Positions 45,458 through 54,373 of a stretch of DNA of 64,000 nt are shown piece after piece. The notes beneath the pieces were generated by a model. That model saw only the letters and a list, made by a program, of their open reading frames with translations. It had not been told where the DNA came from and made no database searches. How positions within the stretch are numbered: the stretch's first letter is position 1; each line of letters begins with the position of its first letter. The DNA is taken from NCBI GenBank assembly GCA_964250225.1, contig CAXUEY010000002.1, positions 17,231-81,230 on the forward strand, written 5' to 3'. The DNA is from an uncultured Ktedonobacteraceae bacterium (GTDB lineage: Bacteria > Chloroflexota > Ktedonobacteria > Ktedonobacterales > Ktedonobacteraceae). The translations under genes were made by a program, and so were the position numbers.

Positions 45458-46336
45458 TTATTGCACGCTTACCCGATAATAATCGTAGCTGCTCGTTTCT
45501 TTAAAGCCACAAGACTGGTATAGCGAAAGTGCGTTTTTATTGGTCGTTGCCACTTCAAGCGTGATCTGCTGCTGACCCCTGGTAAGGATCTCCTGCACTG
45601 TGCGCGCAAGGATCTGACGGCCATAGCCATGGCCCTGATAGGCAGGCAAAACGCCGAAACCGTAAATATGTCCGCCGTGCGCGCTATACGAGACATCGAT
45701 CTTGCCAATTACCACACCATCCAATTCGCCTACATAAAAACCGTGCTCTGCCTGCTCAAGTTTATCCGCGCTGTACCAACTCACTTCGTCTTCCGGTATA
45801 TCAAAGGAGACCGCGGTAATGTGAGCGAACAGAGGAAGATCCTCTGGAGTAGCGGGTCGGAAGCGCAGGCGTTCATCGAAACGCGCGGGCAGAACGGGTT
45901 TCTCCAGCACCATCTTGTATTCGGTATGGTCGTAGTCGGCGTTCAATGAGCGCGCAAAAGTCTGGCCTGCTGCAGAGATTGGTTCAACGATCAGCAGCAG
46001 TTTCGGTAGGCCGCGCCGCTGACACTCCGCCTGGGCCTCTTGATAGAGCGCCGTGAAAATGCCACGCCGCCGATACGCAGGGTGGACCATACCGCTGATC
46101 TCGGCCTCGCTTGAGTTAAAGCTGTACAGCGGCAAGAAGCCCACCAGTTCGCCATCCTCATAGAACAGAAAATCGTTGGTCTGATCGGTTGGCCGTTGCT
46201 CTAAAATGCTCCAGTTCAGTTTGATATCCAGCCCCTCATATGTGTTACAGCGTTGCTCCAGTTGTCGGATCTCCGCGAAGTCAGCCTGCGTCAGCTCCTG
46301 CCTTTTCACCAGACCCTGTATATGCTTGGTGGACAT
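45458..46336 (-). CDS. Two-domain GNAT acetyltransferase (MshD-like architecture)
   Basis: Two GNAT motif-A copies: 'YRRRGIFTALYQEA' (N-domain) and 'YQGHGYGRQILART' (C-domain). The length of 292 aa fits a tandem GNAT. Confidence 0.85.
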   Translation of the reverse strand: MSTKHIQGLVKRQELTQADFAEIRQLEQRCNTYEGLDIKLNWSILEQRPTDQTNDFLFYEDGELVGFLPLYSFNSSEAEISGMVHPAYRRRGIFTALYQEAQAECQRRGLPKLLLIVEPISAAGQTFARSLNADYDHTEYKMVLEKPVLPARFDERLRFRPATPEDLPLFAHITAVSFDIPEDEVSWYSADKLEQAEHGFYVGELDGVVIGKIDVSYSAHGGHIYGFGVLPAYQGHGYGRQILARTVQEILTRGQQQITLEVATTNKNALSLYQSCGFKETSSYDYYRVSVQ

Positions 46337-46747
46337 AAGTGCTCCTCATCTCAGATTTCAATTTTTGGACATCGGGAGTATAGCCCGACCAGGCACGCGC
46401 TGTCAATGCCGGGAAAAAGGATGGCTCCCTCTCTCCAGAATTTATGGTATGCTTGTGCTAGCATAAGGTGATGTCCCAAAAATGTGAGGGAGCGGCACCT
46501 TATCCAGGTCGATGCGATGCTGAAAAACTGGCGTTTACCTCCAAAACCGTATGTGGCCGCCGTTGATCGGGCCGCCCTGGATCTTTATGCGCGCTATCAT
46601 ACGACATTCAAAGGCATTCGCGTGTTACGTCAACGCAAAGTCTTTGTGTTCAGAAAAAGGATTGTGAGTTATTATCCTGTAGATGCAGCTCTGATTGCAT
46701 CTGAATAACGTAAGAAAAAGCAAGCAAGCAAGAAAGGAACTGTGAAA

Positions 46748-47008
46748 ATGGCTAAAGCACGTTGGAATGGCGCTACTATCGCGGAAAGCGAGAACTGTGA
46801 AATTGTGGAGGGAAATTACTATTTTCCCCCGGATGCTGTTCGCACTGAATATCTCAAACCGAGCACGCATCACACAACCTGTCCCTGGAAAGGCGTGGCC
46901 AGTTATTACGATGTCGAGGTAGATGGCGAGCGTAATAGTAATGCTGCCTGGTATTATCCGACCCCCTCGCCGAAAGCAGAAAATATCAAAGGATACCTCG
47001 CCTTCTAG
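46748..47008 (+). CDS. DUF427 domain protein
   Basis: 'WNGATIAES...VEGNYYFP...T.CPWKG.ASYYDV.VDG..N..AAWYYP.P' is the DUF427 signature. ATG 46748 follows AAAGGAA. An alternative GTG start is at 46742. Confidence 0.75.
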   Translation: MAKARWNGATIAESENCEIVEGNYYFPPDAVRTEYLKPSTHHTTCPWKGVASYYDVEVDGERNSNAAWYYPTPSPKAENIKGYLAF

Positions 47009-47056
47009 AATGGTGTGAAGGTCGAGCACTAGCATCAGCGGGACCTGAGATCCACT

Positions 47057-47128
47057 GGCTATGCCCAGAACACACAAAAACGACCCACGAAGAGGCATGG
47101 GTCGTTTTTGTGTGTTCTGGGCATAGCC
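47057..47128. repeat. Perfect 31-bp inverted repeat with a 10-nt loop
   Basis: Left arm 47057-47087 is GGCTATGCCCAGAACACACAAAAACGACCCA. The loop is CGAAGAGGCA. Right arm 47098-47128 is the exact reverse complement. It lies in the intergenic region between two + strand genes. Confidence 0.95.
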
Positions 47129-47254
47129 ATCTCCAATCGATTGTACCGCTTCTGAACTGGCTGAACATCGCCACATTCAGGTGTATTGCCATCTCTAATG
47201 GAGTTGAAAAGAACATATCTCTGAAGAATACTTTGTTGGAGAAGGAAGAACACT

Positions 47255-48058
47255 ATGCAAACAACAGTATCCGTTTGCCGTGAAGAGGATGACCAGCACA
47301 TAACCCTGACCGCCCATACACAGGCTGTTGAACGCGCGATCCATATCATGCATACCCATCTTCATGAATTGCTCACTTTGGAAGATCTGGCCTCCGTTGC
47401 CTGCTTGAGTCCCTATTATTTCAATCGCGTTTTTCGCCATCTGATTGGCATTCCACCCGGCGAATTTTTGAGCGCCCTGCGCTTTCAGATGGCCCGCCAT
47501 TTGCTCGTGGCAACCTCGCTGAGCGTCACCGATATTTGTTTTGAAGTTGGCTATACCAGCACCGGCTCGTTCACTACCCGGTTCACACAATTGGTCGGCC
47601 TCTCTCCACGCCTGTTGCGCCAACGTGCTCGCACATTCGAACCACTGTCTGCACCAGAGGATACCGAGATCAATCCTACACTGGCAGCCTGCATGAGCAT
47701 GAAACACACCCTGTCAGGCCGGATCAGCGCTCCAGCGACCTTTCGAGGCACGGTCTATGTGGGCCTGTTCACCAGTCCCATCCCCCAGGGCGCACCCGCG
47801 CGTTGTACCAGGCTTGGCGCACCAGGCTGGTATCAGCTCAGCGGCTTCGCTGATGGCGTCTACTACCTGCGTGCTGCCGCCTTTCCCAGCGCGGCAGACC
47901 GTCAGGCGTCTCTGCTGCCCGGCGAGAACATCCTGCTCGGCGCCAACGCAAGCCCGCTGATTATACACAACGGGCATGTTACGGGCGACCCCGATCTCAC
48001 GATGCGCCCGCCGCACCTGACTGATCCGCCACTTGTGCTGGGCTTGCCCTTGCTTTGA
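47255..48058 (+). CDS. AraC family regulator with N-terminal HTH and an unknown beta-rich C-terminal domain
   Basis: 'LEDLASVACLSPYYFNRVFRHLIGIPPGEFLSALRFQMARHLL..TSLSVTDICFEVGYTSTGSFTTRFTQLVGLSP' is the dual-HTH AraC domain, located at the N-terminus. Confidence 0.85.
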   Translation: MQTTVSVCREEDDQHITLTAHTQAVERAIHIMHTHLHELLTLEDLASVACLSPYYFNRVFRHLIGIPPGEFLSALRFQMARHLLVATSLSVTDICFEVGYTSTGSFTTRFTQLVGLSPRLLRQRARTFEPLSAPEDTEINPTLAACMSMKHTLSGRISAPATFRGTVYVGLFTSPIPQGAPARCTRLGAPGWYQLSGFADGVYYLRAAAFPSAADRQASLLPGENILLGANASPLIIHNGHVTGDPDLTMRPPHLTDPPLVLGLPLL

Positions 48059-48187
48059 ATGGATTAAAGAACGAGCGTTCAAAAAGCGCAAGATTGGAGA
48101 AGTTTTGCCCATGATTATCGGGTATACTTAAAAGAGTGGAAACACGTCATGACAGACGTTATTTGATTAACAAAGGAGATTTTTCGT

Positions 48188-48607
48188 ATGTCGTCACATT
48201 TGGGGCTACTCATGCTGTTGGTGAAGGATATAACACGCGAGAAGGCGTTTTATACGGAATATCTGGGATTTGAAGTGGTATCAGAGTTTTCTGGCGATGA
48301 TTTTGTGATGCTCCGCTCGCGCACCAACGAGGGAACAACGCTCGCTTTATCAACCGTGGGCAGTATGAATGGTGCGCAAGACGTTCCCCTGACACATGGT
48401 GGCATCATCCCAGGTTTTGCTGTCGAAGATGCCGACGCGACCTATCAGCAGTGGAAAGCTAAAGGCGTTGAGATCCTGGGAGAGATCAACGACATAGGCG
48501 CTGGACACAGCTTCACCGCCAGAGATCCTGAAAGCCACTATATCCAGGTCTTCCATCTGTATCCACAGGTGATCGAGATGCAAAAGAAGATGGGAATGCG
48601 TAGTTAG
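48188..48607 (+). CDS. VOC family protein (glyoxalase/bleomycin-resistance fold)
   Basis: The 139-aa length, 'FYTEYLGFEV' and paired beta-alpha-beta-beta-beta modules with 'HSFTARDPESHYIQV' indicate this family. Confidence 0.85.
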   Translation: MSSHLGLLMLLVKDITREKAFYTEYLGFEVVSEFSGDDFVMLRSRTNEGTTLALSTVGSMNGAQDVPLTHGGIIPGFAVEDADATYQQWKAKGVEILGEINDIGAGHSFTARDPESHYIQVFHLYPQVIEMQKKMGMRS

Positions 48608-48724
48608 CACACATCCTCTCACGCAACAGGCGAATCTGGCCATTCCATGTGATGGGCTAGGTTCGCCTGCTCTTGCTTCTATCCCTGTCCTGATAAAATT
48701 GCCTGAAGTTTAGCTCATCTGATT

Positions 48725-51016
48725 TTAATCAAAGAGCGATGGCGTCTCTACCAATGGACTGAGCTTGCGTTCACGACCATCGCGGTCAAAGAGAAACGGG
48801 TTGAGCAGGCCGTTCTCGTCGGTGGGCGCGAGACCAGCCTCTTCGATAAAACGCGAGGGGACGGCGTCGCTGCTGCGATAACGCAGGATGCAGGAGAGCA
48901 GCAACAGCTTCTGGGCGCGGGTGATGGCGACGTAGGCCAGGCGGCGCTCTTCGGCCAGTCCTGAGAGGTTGATGGGGCCGTCGTCCTCGCTCATCGTATA
49001 CGAACGGCGATGAGGAAAAATCCCCTCGGTCATGCCCATAAGGAAAACCACCGGACTCTCCAGACCTTTGGATTTATGCACGGTCAGCAGGCTCACGCAG
49101 TCACGCTTATTCTTGCTGGCATCCTCGGCCTGCTCCTTGAGACGTGCCAGACCGTCGAGGAACTGGCGGATGCTGTGAAAACGGCCCGCTATCTGCTCCA
49201 TTTCTTCCAGTTCGTCGAAGCGCCCCTCCAGGCGGCCCTCGTCGCGATGTTTGGGCGCCTCGCTATCGTCGTCCGCGTCTTCGTGGTGCCGACTATCGAT
49301 GTGGCGCAGGTGCTGATCGTAGGCCAGGGAGCGCAACAGGCGAATGGCCTGCACCGGCTGATTATGACAACTCTCCTGCACACGCTTGATAAGCGCCACA
49401 AAGTCCTTGACGCCCGGTTGATGCTCGGCGGGGATGGTGTAGGCCTGCTCGTCGCAAAACTGGAAGAGTGGACGCCCACCAGCATAGGAGCCGAGGGTGC
49501 CGAAGAGCGATGGAGGCAGACGGTGCGAGGTCTTGCCGGTGCGCGCGAAATAGTCCCGCGAGGGGATGTTGACCACGACGCGAAAGGCGGTATTCTGCTC
49601 GCCACAGAAAATCGATGTGAAGACCTCGTCCCATTTACGTGGCTTTGGTCCCTGGCGTTCGCGCAGATACTCCTGATACACCCGCTGCCCATCGATCAGG
49701 GCCAGGTACGCCAGTAGATCGCGTGTAGTGCGACGCTTGAAGAACGAGGAGCCACCCAGCGCGCGATAAGGGATCGCGGCCCGCGCCAGAGCCAGTTCCA
49801 GCGAGGCCAGATGATGATTGGTACGCGAGAGCACAAAAATGTCGCGATACGAGAGTCCCTCGCTATGCAGCCGCCACTGGCGCACCAGTTCCGCGATGCG
49901 TTCGGCGATGCCCTCAGCCTCGGCCTCCTGGTTATCGTAGGCGGTAACAATCACCGGCGCGCCATTGGGCAGCGTCGGTTTGAGTTGCTTCTCAAAGCCG
50001 GGCGTGACCTCATTCTGGCGGATCAAACGGTTCGCCGCCTCCAAAATCTGTGGGGTTGAGCGATAATTCTCCTCAATCTGATAGATCTTGCCCTGAGGAT
50101 ACATACTGCGAAACGAGAGGATCGAGGCTTCGGGGCTGGCTCCACGAAACTGGTAGATGGCCTGATCGGGGTCGCCCACCACCACCACATTCTGACGAGG
50201 CGCGGCCAGATGTTGCACCAGACGATACTGCGACGGATTGGTATCCTGCGTCTCATCCACCTGGAGATAGAGGTAGCGCCCCTGCCAGTTCTTGCGAAAG
50301 GTCGGGCTACTTTCGAGCAGGGCCAGCGGGATATAGATCAGGTCTGAGAAATCGTAGAGTTTCTCCTTCTGCTTGGTCTGCTCATAACGTACAAAAAACT
50401 CCTGATAACGCTCAGCAAGGTGCTGCTCGCTGCTCAACTGCTGACGGAAAAAGTCAGTGGAACCCTCTGGCTTGATCATCTCCTCTTTAGCGCGATCAAT
50501 GGCCCCCAGGACCGTCAGGATATCCACATCCCAGTTCATACCACGCGTGCGATTGCTCTGCCAGGGGCGAATAATATCCTCGGCCAGCCACTGGCGAGGC
50601 TCCCCACTGACCAGGCGCTGGTTTAACTGCTGGGGCGTCCATTGCAGCTTCTCGCGTAACATCTGGTGGCCCAGGCCGTGGAAGGTCACCACCCGCAGCC
50701 CCTTCACATCCTTCGCGGCAAATCCCCGTAGCTTGAGCGCGCGCAGAGCGCGCTTCTCCATCTCATCAGCAGCGGCACGGGTAAACGTCACACAGAGAAT
50801 CGTCTCCGGGGCAACCTGCTCATCGGCGATCAGGCGCACCAGGCGCTGAACCAGAATAGCGGTCTTTCCGGTGCCTGCCGCAGCGATAAAAGCGGCGGGA
50901 CCATCGGTATGGGCGATAGCTGCAGCCTGCTGTACATTGGCATGAAATAGAGGTGCAGGCGTTTTGACTGATTGTTTCGGCATGTTTGCTGGCTGTTTCG
51001 CGCGTTGAGCAGGCAT
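48725..51016 (-). CDS. UvrD/PcrA/Rep-family ATP-dependent DNA helicase (SF1A)
   Basis: Walker A 'AAAGTGKT', motif II 'LQVDETQDTN', 'VVGDPDQAIYQFRGA', 'TVHKSKGLE' and 'RRLAYVAITRA'. Confidence 0.92.
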   Translation of the reverse strand: MPAQRAKQPANMPKQSVKTPAPLFHANVQQAAAIAHTDGPAAFIAAAGTGKTAILVQRLVRLIADEQVAPETILCVTFTRAAADEMEKRALRALKLRGFAAKDVKGLRVVTFHGLGHQMLREKLQWTPQQLNQRLVSGEPRQWLAEDIIRPWQSNRTRGMNWDVDILTVLGAIDRAKEEMIKPEGSTDFFRQQLSSEQHLAERYQEFFVRYEQTKQKEKLYDFSDLIYIPLALLESSPTFRKNWQGRYLYLQVDETQDTNPSQYRLVQHLAAPRQNVVVVGDPDQAIYQFRGASPEASILSFRSMYPQGKIYQIEENYRSTPQILEAANRLIRQNEVTPGFEKQLKPTLPNGAPVIVTAYDNQEAEAEGIAERIAELVRQWRLHSEGLSYRDIFVLSRTNHHLASLELALARAAIPYRALGGSSFFKRRTTRDLLAYLALIDGQRVYQEYLRERQGPKPRKWDEVFTSIFCGEQNTAFRVVVNIPSRDYFARTGKTSHRLPPSLFGTLGSYAGGRPLFQFCDEQAYTIPAEHQPGVKDFVALIKRVQESCHNQPVQAIRLLRSLAYDQHLRHIDSRHHEDADDDSEAPKHRDEGRLEGRFDELEEMEQIAGRFHSIRQFLDGLARLKEQAEDASKNKRDCVSLLTVHKSKGLESPVVFLMGMTEGIFPHRRSYTMSEDDGPINLSGLAEERRLAYVAITRAQKLLLLSCILRYRSSDAVPSRFIEEAGLAPTDENGLLNPFLFDRDGRERKLSPLVETPSLFD

Positions 51017-51468
51017 TCCTCAAGACTCTCTCTTCCTCACATGATTTTTTCGCAATGAGACCGAGGCATACTATAGCACGCCGCCCGGTACATTGGCAAG
51101 CGGTGCAAAGAACAGGAGTTCGAGGGAAGCGACATCACGCGCCAATCTAGCCAGGAAAAATCCGCCAGGCTCAACCTTAAGAAGGCGAGAGGTAGGATTG
51201 ATGAGTATCTTTTGAAGAAGCTAACACGTATCTTCTCTGGTTATGTATTCATGGAAGACCCACCCATAGATGTTTCAAGGAAAGACGCGCCTGAACGCCG
51301 ACTCCCGCAACGTTTTGCAAGGAGCGGTAGAACAAGAACGCTTGAGTCTAGCTGTCATGTGCGTTGGGCGTTTTCACACGCTCAGACACTATCGATATCC
51401 CACTGGAGTGAGGTAGAAATGCCCCTCGCGGTGGCAAGCGCGCAGGGAAGCGTCTGGGAGAACAGTTT

Positions 51469-52620
51469 ATGCAAGCAGTGGTATACAACGGACCTCGCGA
51501 TGTCAGCGTTCAAGAGGTGCCCGATGCCAAAATCGAGCGCCCAACCGATGTGCTGGTGAAGATTACCAGCACCAACATCTGCGGATCTGACCTCCATATG
51601 TACGAGGGTCGAACCAATTTTGCGAAAGGCATGATCTTCGGACACGAGAACCTGGGAAAAGTCATCGAGATTGGTAATGCCGTTGACCGCATCAAAGTCG
51701 GCGATATGGTTTGCCTGCCCTTTAATATCGGTTGTGGCTTTTGTCGCAACTGCGAGGCTGGCCTGACCGCCTTTTGCCTCACCGCCAATCCAGATCCAAA
51801 AATGGCCGGTGCCGCGTATGGCTTCGCGGGCATGGGTCCGTTCAATGGTGGCCAGGCTGAGTACCTGCGCGTGCCCTACGGAGATTTCAATTGTCTGAAA
51901 CTGCCAGATGACGCGCGGGAAAAAGAGGACGACTATGTTATGGTCACTGACATTTTCCCAACCGGTTGGCACTGCACCGAACTCGCTGGGGTGCAACCGG
52001 GTGATTCTGTTGTTGTTTACGGCGCGGGACCGGTCGGGCTGATGGCCGCCTACTCTGCGACCCTCAAAAGTGCTCGCCAGGTTATGATCGTTGATCGCCA
52101 TTCTGACCGGCTGCGGCTAGCCGAGAAGATCGGGGGCATTCCCATCGACGATTCAAAAGGTGATCCGGTTGAGCAAGTGCTGAAGTTGACCAACGGCAAG
52201 GGCGCTGACAGGGGTTGCGAGTGTGTGGGCTACCAGGCACACGATCCGCAGGGCCATGAGCATCCCAACATGACGATGAATAATCTCGTAAAATCGGTGA
52301 AGTTCACTGGTGGGATTGGCGTAGTCGGCATTTTCCTGCCCCAAGATCCAGGGGGACCGGATAAGATGAGCAAGCAGGGGGAGATTCCCTTTGACATGGG
52401 CCTCTGCTGGACAAAAGGCCAACACATTGGCACGGGTCAGGCCAATATCAAAGCCTACAACCGTCAACTGCGCGACCTCATTCACGTGGGTAAGGCCAAA
52501 CCATCGTTCATCGTGTCGCACCGGCTGCCATTGAGCGAGGCAAAGAACGCCTATCAGCATTTCGATGCGCGCGACGACGGCTGGACCAAAGTGATCCTCA
52601 AGTCTAATCATATGAATTAA
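51469..52620 (+). CDS. Zn-dependent alcohol dehydrogenase, glutathione-independent formaldehyde dehydrogenase-like
   Basis: 'VLVKITSTNICGSDLHMYEGR', 'GHENLGKV', structural Zn 'CGFCRNCEAG', and Rossmann 'VVYGAGPVG'. Confidence 0.9.
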   Translation: MQAVVYNGPRDVSVQEVPDAKIERPTDVLVKITSTNICGSDLHMYEGRTNFAKGMIFGHENLGKVIEIGNAVDRIKVGDMVCLPFNIGCGFCRNCEAGLTAFCLTANPDPKMAGAAYGFAGMGPFNGGQAEYLRVPYGDFNCLKLPDDAREKEDDYVMVTDIFPTGWHCTELAGVQPGDSVVVYGAGPVGLMAAYSATLKSARQVMIVDRHSDRLRLAEKIGGIPIDDSKGDPVEQVLKLTNGKGADRGCECVGYQAHDPQGHEHPNMTMNNLVKSVKFTGGIGVVGIFLPQDPGGPDKMSKQGEIPFDMGLCWTKGQHIGTGQANIKAYNRQLRDLIHVGKAKPSFIVSHRLPLSEAKNAYQHFDARDDGWTKVILKSNHMN

Positions 52621-52716
52621 TGGAAAAGGGCGATAAGGCAACGGGAGTTGAGGATATCATCTTCGAGAAGGAAAAAGTTTCCGTAGCACACATTCATGAT
52701 GAAAAGGAGAAAATAC

Positions 52717-53277
52717 ATGACAAACGAACTTCAAGGGAAAAAGATTGCCTTTCTTGCTACCGATGGTGTCGAACAGGTGGAGCTGGTAACTCCCTGGAAG
52801 GCAGTTCAGGAGGCCGGTGGGCAGCCGGTATTGATCTCGCTCAAAGCTGGAAAGATTCAGGCTACCAATCACGACATCCAGCCAGCGGATACTTTCCCGG
52901 TCGATGCAACGGTCCCACAGGCCAAAGCCTCGGATTACGACGGGCTGGTCCTGCCGGGAGGAACGTGTAACCCTGACAGACTTCGCATCAATAAAGATGC
53001 CATGCAGTTCGTGCGTGATTTCTTTGCAGCCAACAAACCAGTTGGCGCAATCTGTCATGGCCCGTGGTCCCTTGTGGAAACGGGCATTGTTGCCGGGCGC
53101 ACGCTGACCTCCTGGCCGAGCCTCGCGACGGACATTCGCAACGCTGGCGGCACACGGGTCGATGAAGAGGTGCATGTCGAAAAAGGACTCGTCACCAGCC
53201 GTAAGCCAGATGACCTGCCAGCCTTCTGCCGCGCCATCGTTCGGGAGTTTGCACAGGCTGGTCTGGTATCCAGGTAA
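52717..53277 (+). CDS. DJ-1/PfpI family protein (type 1 glutamine amidotransferase-like)
   Basis: Nucleophile elbow 'VGAICHGPW', plus 'YDGLVLPGG' and 'TSRKPDDLPAF'. ATG 52717 follows AAGGAG. Confidence 0.88.
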   Translation: MTNELQGKKIAFLATDGVEQVELVTPWKAVQEAGGQPVLISLKAGKIQATNHDIQPADTFPVDATVPQAKASDYDGLVLPGGTCNPDRLRINKDAMQFVRDFFAANKPVGAICHGPWSLVETGIVAGRTLTSWPSLATDIRNAGGTRVDEEVHVEKGLVTSRKPDDLPAFCRAIVREFAQAGLVSR

Positions 53278-53317
53278 GTAGAGTAGACTGAATAGTAGCA
53301 AACATATGGAAGAAGAT

Positions 53318-53354
53318 GAGAGGAGGAACAGAGCCGACCTCTGTTCCTCCTCTC
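53318..53354 (+). terminator. 16-bp perfect hairpin downstream of the DJ-1 gene (terminator-like, no U-tract)
   Basis: GAGAGGAGGAACAGAG (53318-53333), loop CCGAC, CTCTGTTCCTCCTCTC (53339-53354). Confidence 0.45.
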
Positions 53355-53666
53355 ATGAGATGGTCCAATGCACCAGCCAGGTGTTCCAGTTCAGCAATAA
53401 GCACTTTGACAACCCCCTACCTCGTAATCCTACAATGCCTGCATACAATCTTTTTGTACAGCTCAAGTATTTCAATCATTGAAGGTGCTTTTCTCGCTAT
53501 TCTGTGGGAACGTGGGGTGATTTTAGGGCTGCTAGCGGGGAAAACGCTCTTGTGTATGGCACTTCGGTACATGAGCAGCAATGATTGGAGGAGATGTTTC
53601 TATTCTTGTGGCTATAGGAAAATGATTGATGTTGTATTTACATCTAATACGAGAGGAGTTCGACTA

Positions 53667-54362
53667 ATGGCAGTTATTCGCACGTCACACGTTGATTTGA
53701 AGATTAATGGGGATGGCGCTTACGCGTATGTGGCACAGCCTGATGATGACGCGAAGCATCCAGGCGTGGTACTTATTCAGGAGTGGTGGGGCATCGAACC
53801 CCATATCCGTGACCTCGCGCAAAAGCTGGCCGCCGAGGGCTTTGTAGTGGCCGTTCCTGATCTCTATCACGGCAGGATTGCAACTGAGCCAAATGATGCG
53901 ATGAAAATGGTGATGATGCTCAGAGGCAACATCGACCACGCCTCTAAAGAGATTATTGGCGCGCTGGATACGCTCAAGGGCATGGTCAATGTTGAACCGA
54001 AGAAGCTCGGCCTGATGGGCTTCTGCGTCGGCGGCTTCCTGACTTATACGGTTGCCACTCGCTATGACGACCTGGGGGCGGTTGTACCCTTCTACGGTGC
54101 TGGCTATGATCCCACACCCGATGAGGTGAAGAAGGTTAACGCCCCCGTCCTGGCCTTCTATGGTAGTCGCGATGAGAGTGTATCTGCGGATCAGATGAAG
54201 AAGATCGAGAGCTTGTACAAAGAAGCAGGCAAAGATCTCACGGTGAAGGTCTACGATGCCGGCCATGCCTTTCTCAATCCCGACCACGGGATGGGCAACG
54301 AGGCAGCAGCAGCCGAGGCGTGGCCGCTGGCCGTCGATTTCTTGCGCAAACATCTCCATTAG
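53667..54362 (+). CDS. Dienelactone hydrolase family protein
   Basis: 'PGVVLIQEWWGI', nucleophile 'GLMGFCVGG', 'YGSRDESV' and 'AGHAF'. ATG 53667 follows GAGAGGAG. The upstream 117 codons of the listed ORF lack coding character. Confidence 0.88.
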   Translation: MAVIRTSHVDLKINGDGAYAYVAQPDDDAKHPGVVLIQEWWGIEPHIRDLAQKLAAEGFVVAVPDLYHGRIATEPNDAMKMVMMLRGNIDHASKEIIGALDTLKGMVNVEPKKLGLMGFCVGGFLTYTVATRYDDLGAVVPFYGAGYDPTPDEVKKVNAPVLAFYGSRDESVSADQMKKIESLYKEAGKDLTVKVYDAGHAFLNPDHGMGNEAAAAEAWPLAVDFLRKHLH

Positions 54363-54373
54363 GAGCATTCAAT

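Noticed and set aside
46484-46708. 74-aa + strand basic ORF (GTG start) upstream of the DUF427 gene
   Set aside because: No RBS and no recognisable fold. The codon pattern is not obviously non-coding, so it stays a weak possibility and is not reported as a feature.
49010-49717. 235-aa + strand ORF inside the helicase gene. The same reasoning applies to 51382-52101(-), 53685-54368(-), 54425-55180(+), 29292-29954(+), 39018-39626(+), 35135-35770(-), 46625-47176(-) and 47195-47707(-).
   Set aside because: All are shadow ORFs opposite genes with clear family motifs. None has a recognisable motif or a plausible RBS.
51212-51559. 115-aa ORF (TTG start) in the 450-bp gap between the helicase and ADH genes
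   Set aside because: It overlaps the ADH start out of frame and has no motif. I also looked for a riboswitch or sRNA in 51017-51468 and recognised none.
53316-53666. 117-codon N-terminal extension of the dienelactone hydrolase ORF
   Set aside because: It contains the upstream gene's terminator hairpin and has odd composition. A good RBS (GAGAGGAG) precedes ATG 53667, where the family homology begins.
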